In this document: one piece after another, positions 57,928 through 64,000 of the stretch
Numbering within the stretch: position 1 is the first letter of the stretch
Layout of the letters: every line of letters begins with the position of its first letter
NCBI GenBank assembly: GCA_900540395.1
Contig: UQFQ01000005.1
Coordinates: 956-64,955 of the forward strand
From: an uncultured Mollicutes bacterium
GTDB taxonomy: Bacteria > Bacillota_I > Bacilli_A > RFN20 > CAG-826
Length of the DNA stretch: 64,000 nucleotides
Direction: 5' to 3'
Position numbers and translations under genes: made by a program
Notes under the pieces: model-generated
Seen by the model: only the letters and a program-made list of their open reading frames with translations
What the model was told of the DNA's origin: nothing
Database searches by the model: none

Positions 57928-59610
57928 TTATGAAATTTTATTCATGACAAGAGGAATGATCATTGGATTTCTTTGAGTCTTTCTAAAGAAATATTTAGAA
58001 ACGACACTTCTCACTGTATTTTTGATATCATTAAAAGTAACTTTTTTAGAATGGAAGAGTTCATTTAAAGCCTCTTGTAAGTACATCGAAGCATGTCTTG
58101 TTAAATGGTCTTCATATTTTCCGTAGCTAACAAATCCAACTGTTATAACTTTTGGATCACACATTAACTTTGATTGTTTAGAGTCAATAACTAACATAAC
58201 GCTAACCATACCATCATCTTGCAAGATTTTTCTGTCTCTAATAACAGCAGTTGAAACGCCATTTACGTCGTATCCATCAATAAAGACGTCTTCAGCAGTA
58301 ACTCTATCTCCATCAACAATTTTATGGTCTTTTAAAAGTAAAGTGTCTCCATTTCCCATAATGAAAATATTTTCGGAAGGAATGCCAAGAGATTTTGCAA
58401 TATCTCCATGAAGTTTAAGCATATGATATTCGCCATGTGCTGGCATAAAATATTTAGGATTATAGAGCTTAAGATTCATTCTTAATTCTTGTCTTGAAGG
58501 GTGACCTGATGAGTGCAAATCAGCAAAAACTGAATTAGTAATAACATTAGCGCCTTGTCTAGTTAATTGGTTAACGATTTTTGAAATAGAAGCGCCGTTT
58601 CCTGGAATTGGACTAGAAGAAAATACAACGGTATCGCCAGGAAGAATTCTTAATCCTCTAAATGAGCCATTAGCTATACGGCTTAAAGCGGCCATTGGTT
58701 CGCCTTGGCTACCAGTACATAAAATAACAGTTTCGTTTTCTTTTAAATCACCCATTGTGTCAACGTCTCTAATCATTGCACTTGGAATTTTGATATAACC
58801 AAATCTTAAAGCAATATCAACGGTATTAATCATGCTGCGGCCAACAATGACGATTTTACGATTGTGCTTAATGGTACAATCAACAATTTGTTGAATACGG
58901 GAAATATTGCTAGAGAAAGTTGAAATGATAAGACGGCTAGGTGCTTTATCAAAAATTTCATTAATTGAGTCTAAAACATTTTTTTCACTAGGTGTCCAGC
59001 CTTCTTTTTCAGCATTTGTTGAATCAGCGAGTAATAAATCAACGCCCTCTTGACCTAAGCGAGACATTTTATGAAGTTCAAAATCAGGTCCAACAGGTGT
59101 TAAATCAAGCTTGAAGTCGCCAGTATCAACAATTCTGCCTTCAGGAGTATCAACACAGATTCCAAAACTATCAGGTATAGAGTGGGTGACACGTATAAAA
59201 CTAACTTTAAAACAACCAGCTGTAATTACGCTATCTTGATCATATTCAACAAGTTTAACTTTTTCTTTAATTTTTTGATCTTCTAATTTTTGTTTAATTA
59301 AAGCACAAGCTAATTTCGGAGCATAAATTACTGGTATCTTAACTGACTTAACTAAAAAAGGAATACCACCAATATGGTCTTCGTGTCCGTGTGTAATAAA
59401 TAAAGCACGGATTTTATTTTGATTATCTTTTAAGTGTTGATAATTAGGAATAACGTAATCAACACCAACTAAATCATCTTCAGGAAATTTTACACCAGCA
59501 TCAAGAATAATGAGATCGTTTACGCTTTCAATACAGTAGGTGTTTTTTCCGACTTCGCCAAGGCCGCCTAAGGCATAAATCTTAACAGGATTATTAAATA
59601 TATTAGACAT
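57928..59610 (-). CDS. rnj: Ribonuclease J
   Basis: 560 aa. Metallo-beta-lactamase HGHEDHIGG, beta-CASP region, and a C-terminal domain. Confidence 0.92.
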   Translation of the reverse strand: MSNIFNNPVKIYALGGLGEVGKNTYCIESVNDLIILDAGVKFPEDDLVGVDYVIPNYQHLKDNQNKIRALFITHGHEDHIGGIPFLVKSVKIPVIYAPKLACALIKQKLEDQKIKEKVKLVEYDQDSVITAGCFKVSFIRVTHSIPDSFGICVDTPEGRIVDTGDFKLDLTPVGPDFELHKMSRLGQEGVDLLLADSTNAEKEGWTPSEKNVLDSINEIFDKAPSRLIISTFSSNISRIQQIVDCTIKHNRKIVIVGRSMINTVDIALRFGYIKIPSAMIRDVDTMGDLKENETVILCTGSQGEPMAALSRIANGSFRGLRILPGDTVVFSSSPIPGNGASISKIVNQLTRQGANVITNSVFADLHSSGHPSRQELRMNLKLYNPKYFMPAHGEYHMLKLHGDIAKSLGIPSENIFIMGNGDTLLLKDHKIVDGDRVTAEDVFIDGYDVNGVSTAVIRDRKILQDDGMVSVMLVIDSKQSKLMCDPKVITVGFVSYGKYEDHLTRHASMYLQEALNELFHSKKVTFNDIKNTVRSVVSKYFFRKTQRNPMIIPLVMNKIS

Positions 59611-59697
59611 CGTGAATTCATTATCTCCTTTTTACATAATTAAAATATCTCTTAAAATCGAGATTATTATAATAAAACAAAAATTAAAAAACTACAC

Positions 59698-60249
59698 TTA
59701 AATTGAAATTGCACCCGATTTTCTTATGAAAGGGCTTTCTTTATTGATGTGATCGTAAAATAAAACACCTTTTAAGTGATCGATTTCGTGTTGAACAATG
59801 ATAGCAGGGTAGCCAGTAAAAGTATAAGTCATTAAACCTTTCTTTAATAAGTCGTATGTCTTAACAGTGACTTTATAGTGACGATAAACAAAACCTTCGT
59901 GAACTTTATCAACACTCAAGCAACCTTCGCCACTTTCTAAATAACACTCTTTAACTGATTCAGAAATTATTCGAGGATTAATCATAGCATATTCTTCTCT
60001 TTTACCTTTAGCGTTGATAAAAGAAATTGCCAGCATGTTTTTGTTAAGTCCAATTTGTGGTGCGGCTAGACCAACGCCACTACGAACATTGTGATGTTTT
60101 TCTAAAAATTCAGGATCTTGACTAAGTCTTAAATACTCAATCATATTTAAAAGCTTTTCCTCTAGTTTTGGATCTAAAGGGAATTCTACATTTTCTGATC
60201 TTTGTCTTAAACTTGGCTTATTGTCTTTTACAATCTTAAATATTTCCAT
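59698..60249 (-). CDS. def: Peptide deformylase
   Basis: GVGLAAPQIG, EGCLS, HEIDHLKG. Confidence 0.94.
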   Translation of the reverse strand: MEIFKIVKDNKPSLRQRSENVEFPLDPKLEEKLLNMIEYLRLSQDPEFLEKHHNVRSGVGLAAPQIGLNKNMLAISFINAKGKREEYAMINPRIISESVKECYLESGEGCLSVDKVHEGFVYRHYKVTVKTYDLLKKGLMTYTFTGYPAIIVQHEIDHLKGVLFYDHINKESPFIRKSGAISI

Positions 60250-60308
60250 GTCGAAAATATTAGCACAATTTTTCTTATTTATTAAGTTTTTTGCTATAAT
60301 TTTATGCG

Positions 60309-60647
60309 ATGGATTTAGAGTTAATAGAGTTAATAAATAAGTTAAGTGAAAACATAAAATCTAGCGATGTTTATAAAACATTTTTGGCTAGTGAAAAAGA
60401 AATAAATGAAAGTGATGAAATTAAAATATTAAGTTATAAAAAAGATATGGCTATTGTTAAATATGGAGATATGATAAAGCATTATGATAAAAATAGCCAA
60501 GAAGTTATTAATGCTTCTAAAGAAATGAGCGAAGCAATTTATAAGTTAAACAATCATCATTTAGCTCAAATTTACAACAAAAATCTTGTAAATCTCAATT
60601 CTTTTTTAAAAGAGATTCGTGATGAACTTTTCGGAGGCTTATTATGA
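60309..60647 (+). CDS. YlbF/YmcA-family protein (tentative)
   Basis: 112 aa, helical. Sits directly upstream of rsmD-coaD, the same order as ylbF-ylbH-coaD in Bacillus. Confidence 0.5.
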   Translation: MDLELIELINKLSENIKSSDVYKTFLASEKEINESDEIKILSYKKDMAIVKYGDMIKHYDKNSQEVINASKEMSEAIYKLNNHHLAQIYNKNLVNLNSFLKEIRDELFGGLL

Positions 60648-61189
60648 TTAAGATTCGTGGTGGAAAATATTTACATCGTTTATTAAAGCAACCTCCTCTT
60701 GAAATAACTCGTTCAACAAAAGATGTTTGTAAGGAAGGAATGTTTAATTCATTAGGCAATATTACAAATTATTCATTTTTAGACTTGTTTGGAGGAAGTG
60801 GAAGTATTGGAATTGAAGCTTATTCTCGTGGAGCAAATCCAGTGTACATTAATGATAAAAATCGCGAAGCCTACAAAGTAATTTTAGATAATTTAAAATC
60901 ACTAGGAATTAGTGATATTAAGACATTTAATTTAGACTACAAAGTATTTTTAAAAACACTTCAAGATAAAGACATTAGATTTGACATTATTTTTCTTGAT
61001 CCACCTTATAAAATGATTATTAATGATGAATTTATTGATGAAATTTTATCTTATAATATTCTTCAAAAAAATGGCATAATTATCGCAGAAACTGACTATG
61101 ATATCTCGCCTATTCTAGTTGAAAAATACCAGGTTAAAATATTAAAATATGGTAGAAGTAAAATTAATATTTTAAGGACAAATTTATGA
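60644..61189 (+). CDS. rsmD: 16S rRNA (guanine966-N2)-methyltransferase RsmD
   Basis: 181 aa. DLFGGSGSIGIEA SAM motif and the DPPY motif. Confidence 0.87.
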   Translation: MIKIRGGKYLHRLLKQPPLEITRSTKDVCKEGMFNSLGNITNYSFLDLFGGSGSIGIEAYSRGANPVYINDKNREAYKVILDNLKSLGISDIKTFNLDYKVFLKTLQDKDIRFDIIFLDPPYKMIINDEFIDEILSYNILQKNGIIIAETDYDISPILVEKYQVKILKYGRSKINILRTNL

Positions 61190-61677
61190 AAATTGCAGTA
61201 TACCCAGGGAGTTTTGACCCTATTACAAACGGTCACTTAGACATTATTAGAAGAGCAAGTAAATTATTTGATAAAGTAATTGTTTTACTTGCTATTAATC
61301 CGGAGAAAAGTTGTCGCTTTAGTAAGGAAGATCGCTTAAACATGCTTGTTGAAGTGGCTAAACCTTTTAAAAATGTGGAAGTTGACTCTTATAATGGATT
61401 AACTATTGAATACGCTAGAAAACATGGGGCAACAGTTTTAATTAGGGGGCTTCGCGTTGTAAGTGATTTTGAATATGAATGGGCTTATTCAGCAGCTAAT
61501 GAATACATTGATAAAGATATCGAAATGGTATTTTTGATGTCTCATCGTGAACTTGCCTTTATTTCATCATCCTCTATTGATGAACTTTATAAAAGTGGAG
61601 TAGACATTTCTTCTCTTGTTCCTAAAATTGTTTTAGAAACATATGCTCGAAATAAAAAAGAAGAAGAGAAGAAGTAA
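61186..61677 (+). CDS. coaD: Phosphopantetheine adenylyltransferase
   Basis: YPGSFDPITNGHLDII and ISSS. Confidence 0.94.
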   Translation: MKIAVYPGSFDPITNGHLDIIRRASKLFDKVIVLLAINPEKSCRFSKEDRLNMLVEVAKPFKNVEVDSYNGLTIEYARKHGATVLIRGLRVVSDFEYEWAYSAANEYIDKDIEMVFLMSHRELAFISSSSIDELYKSGVDISSLVPKIVLETYARNKKEEEKK

Positions 61678-61700
61678 ATAATTTATTTTATATAAACATC

Positions 61701-61729
61701 AAGCAGGCTTAATAACCTGCTTTTTAATT
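61701..61729 (+). terminator. Intrinsic terminator after coaD
   Basis: AAGCAGG/CCTGCTT stem followed by TTT. Confidence 0.6.
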
Positions 61730-61732
61730 TGC

Positions 61733-61761
61733 AAATAAAAACGACTGAATTAATCAGTCGT
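61733..61761 (-). terminator. Intrinsic terminator of the minus-strand gene 61786-62655
   Basis: ACGACTGA/TCAGTCGT hairpin, with TTTTATTT on the minus strand. Confidence 0.6.
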
Positions 61762-61785
61762 TAGGATTTAATTTTACTTTTAGAA

Positions 61786-62655
61786 TTAGTTTCTTGTAAT
61801 AGCGAATTCTTCAGTATTTGTCCAAGCATGAGCTAAGAAGTCAGCTCTAGCATATTTATCATCGCCTTCAAATGAGAAGAAGACGTTTGTGATTAAATAA
61901 TTTGTATTATTTGATTCAGTTAAATCAATAATTACATAATAAGGAATTGCGGAAGTATAATTTGATGGATCTGGTAAATTGTCAGCGCTAGATTCAATTG
62001 AAGAAATATCCTCACCTTTTGCAACTCTATTTCTGTAATAAGGGCTTGTTGTAGCGATAGAAGCTGCTTGGTTAACAAAGTCTGAATATTGAGGTAAGTT
62101 GAATAAGAAATCAAATGGAGTATGATCAGCATAAGTCTTATCATTTGAATCAACTTCGACAACTTCGTCTGCAAAAATTGAGTTGTATCTAAATGCAGGA
62201 GCAGAAGCTGAAATAGCTGTAACTCTATTCCAGGATTCATTTACAAGGTAGTTAGCTGCTTCGTTAATTGTTTGAGCATCATCGTTTTCATTAACAAAGA
62301 AAAGAATCATTTTATTTGAATCGCCAACATAATTTCTCATTGTTTCTTGAGCGGCTGATTTATTACCTTCTGTCCATTGACTTTGTGCTTCATCAAAAGC
62401 ATCAAAGAAATCATAAGCTTCGCCTTCACTTGTAGTATCAGTAATTCCTTCGAGTGAAAGTTGATTGTTTTTTAAGAAAGTATATGAATCACTACCGAAG
62501 TTCCAACTTTGTACCCATGAAGTAATTGATGGAATTGAGAAAATAATAGCAAAGATAATACCAACAATAAGAAGTGGCTGGACCCATGCAGTTTCTTTAA
62601 TCCATGTCCATAATTTAATGAAAGGTGTTCCGATAACTTTTAAAAATTTACCCAT
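61786..62655 (-). CDS. Hypothetical N-terminally membrane-anchored protein
   Basis: The track ORF runs to 62715. ATG 62655 (MGKFLKV...) is preceded by AGAGG. One TM segment, then an acidic domain of about 240 aa with no recognised family. Confidence 0.5.
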   Translation of the reverse strand: MGKFLKVIGTPFIKLWTWIKETAWVQPLLIVGIIFAIIFSIPSITSWVQSWNFGSDSYTFLKNNQLSLEGITDTTSEGEAYDFFDAFDEAQSQWTEGNKSAAQETMRNYVGDSNKMILFFVNENDDAQTINEAANYLVNESWNRVTAISASAPAFRYNSIFADEVVEVDSNDKTYADHTPFDFLFNLPQYSDFVNQAASIATTSPYYRNRVAKGEDISSIESSADNLPDPSNYTSAIPYYVIIDLTESNNTNYLITNVFFSFEGDDKYARADFLAHAWTNTEEFAITRN

Positions 62656-63026
62656 GTAAAATACCTCTAACAAATAAGCAATAAAAAGAATATCACTAAA
62701 CGGTTGTATTAACAATAATAAAATTATTGTTCGTATAGTATTTTACATTACTTTTGCAAAAATTTTGTAATATTTTTTTTAATAAATTTGTGAATTAAAA
62801 ATAGGGCGAAAGATTTTAAGAAGAAGATTAGTGAACGCCTGACGGATGACATTTAATCATCAATGAACATTTAAAATAAATGAATTATAGTTACTAAAAG
62901 AAGAATAGAATTTTAAAAAAAACTAAAAAATACAATATTTTTGCAGTGTTATTTACAAAAAAAGACGATTTTATAAGGATTTATCTTATTTTGAAAATTT
63001 AACAGTTCTTGCTTGTCTTTTAAGGT

Positions 63027-63048
63027 AAGAATTATTAATATAATTCTT
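63027..63048 (+). repeat. Perfect 9-bp inverted repeat abutting the YitT start codon
   Basis: AAGAATTAT-TAAT-ATAATTCTT, ending 1 nt before ATG 63049. Confidence 0.8.
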
Positions 63049-64000
63049 ATGTATTATTTTAAGAAATTTAAGAAAAAAGTTATTGATTATCTATTTGATC
63101 ATCCGGTCCAAAAGGATATCATGGATAACTTTTATTGTTTATTAGTTACTGCCCTCTCAAGTTTTGTTTTTGCTTTTGGTTTTAAATCATTTATTCAACC
63201 TAACTATGCAGCAGTTGCGGCGATTGATGGAGCTGACTCTTTAGAAATGGTTGAAGGTTTGAACATTAAAACTTTAGCAAGCTGTGGAGCAAGCGGACTT
63301 AGCCAAGTAGTTCTTTCAATAATTAAAATTTGTGGTGGAACTTACTTAACAGATAATACACTTTTAGACGTTACTTATTGGTGCTTATATCTTGGTATTA
63401 ATATCCCTCTTTTCTTACTTGCTTTCTTTAAAGTTGGTAAAAGGTTTGCTATTTATTCTTTAATAAACGTTGGGCTTTCCTCAGTATTTGGTATTATTTT
63501 GCCTAACTCTAGTCCAAATGATTTTATTAACCAAGTAACTTATGCTTTAGGTCAAGATATTGTTAGCCGTGTTCTTTTTGGTGGTTTGTGTACTGGAATT
63601 GCAAGTGCACTGGCTTATCACATTGAATCAACGGCGGGAGGAACCGATATTATAGCTTATTACATAAGCGAAAAGAAAAGTGTTCAAATTGGAAAATGGT
63701 CTGCCTTATTTAACTTAATTATTGTTTCGGCTTATAGCATTTTAAGCACTTTCCCTATTGATAAAGCCTTTGCTGAAGCTGAAATGGGTGCGGTTGCTAT
63801 GCCTTCAGCCTTAGTTATTTTATTATTTACTCTTTTTTACATGGTTCTTGTTACCTTAGTTGTTGATACAATTAATATTCAAAATAAGAAAGTAGAACTT
63901 CAAATCATGACGAGTAATTATAATTTATCAAATGTTGTTTTAGCTAATATTCCACATGGGTGCACCGTTTTAGATGCAAAAGGCGGATATACAGGTAAAC
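63049..64000 (+). CDS. YitT-family (DUF2179) membrane protein, 3'-truncated by window edge
   Basis: Not in the ORF track because it has no stop inside the window. The frame read by hand is open for 317 codons. Polytopic, with STAGGTDIIAYY and the C-terminal start of HGCTVLDAKGGYTG. Confidence 0.75.
   Translation, partial: MYYFKKFKKKVIDYLFDHPVQKDIMDNFYCLLVTALSSFVFAFGFKSFIQPNYAAVAAIDGADSLEMVEGLNIKTLASCGASGLSQVVLSIIKICGGTYLTDNTLLDVTYWCLYLGINIPLFLLAFFKVGKRFAIYSLINVGLSSVFGIILPNSSPNDFINQVTYALGQDIVSRVLFGGLCTGIASALAYHIESTAGGTDIIAYYISEKKSVQIGKWSALFNLIIVSAYSILSTFPIDKAFAEAEMGAVAMPSALVILLFTLFYMVLVTLVVDTINIQNKKVELQIMTSNYNLSNVVLANIPHGCTVLDAKGGYTGK

Noticed and set aside
62753-62773. TTGCAA ... TAATAT as a promoter in the 62.7-63.0 kb divergent spacer
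   Set aside because: The spacing between the two hexamers is only about 8 nt. No properly spaced -35/-10 pair could be identified by eye in this spacer.
62796-62870. GC-richer patch (TAGGGCGAAAG...GAACGCCTGACGGATGAC) upstream of the YitT gene, considered as a possible riboswitch
   Set aside because: Only 4-5 bp pairings (GGCG/CGCC, GATGA/TCATC) could be drawn. It resembles no riboswitch class I know, and no terminator or SD-masking element is present.

Overview
Strongly AT-rich, gene-dense bacterial chromosome segment with Firmicutes/Mollicutes-type gene order. It uses the standard code: TGA acts as a stop in the ATGA stop/start overlaps at 9399 and 20746, and SecY, RpoA and RNase J are full length with no in-frame TGA. 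A code-11 Mollicutes-like or Erysipelotrichia-like lineage is an inference only.

Most of the window is core housekeeping:
- **1-2.0 kb:** 3' part of a P-type Ca2+-type ATPase.
- **2.4-5.6 kb:** Y-family polymerase plus esterase operon, and a lysophospholipase-like hydrolase.
- **5.9-12.7 kb:** guanine-type purine riboswitch, BMP-lipoprotein nucleoside ABC importer (SBP, double ATPase, two permeases) and prs.
- **12.8-14.7 kb:** ABC-F ATPase.
- **14.7-20.1 kb:** divergent unit of unknown pathway (FucI/AraA-like protein; OYE-type ene-reductase plus two-subunit aconitase X).
- **20.3-24.5 kb:** MarR plus heterodimeric ABC exporter operon.
- **24.7-28.3 kb:** the only clearly accessory or decayed stretch, with two related 33-bp-period repeat arrays, a truncated DUF4143 ATPase remnant, a small membrane protein, a PfkB kinase and a 565-bp motif-rich spacer with a structured leader.
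- **28.4-35.3 kb:** queT-tgt-queA and queH, separated by three glycosyltransferase genes.
- **35.8-50.8 kb:** complete S10-spc-alpha ribosomal cluster, rpsJ to rplQ. It includes secY, adk, map, infA and rpmJ, and lacks rpmD.
- **51-64 kb:** HAD phosphatase, DUF86-like protein, GH3 beta-glucosidase, spx, CYTH, nadK, a degenerate EIIB-like protein, maf, rnj, def, ylbF-like, rsmD, coaD, a membrane-anchored hypothetical and a 3'-truncated YitT-family gene.

No rRNA, tRNA, CRISPR array or intact mobile element was recognised by eye. Three features are missing from the ORF track: rpmJ (48442-48555), a well-signalled 45-aa ORF (2092-2229, minus strand) and the YitT gene that runs off the 3' edge.

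The findings worth most follow-up:
- the AcnX/ene-reductase module
- the repeat-flanked decayed island
- the orphan structured leader at 27.7 kb
- the likely ATA-initiated lipoprotein
- a W/Y-rich insertion in the ABC ATPase
- low-complexity extensions on many ribosomal proteins, including a near-identical 5' module shared by rplV and rplE
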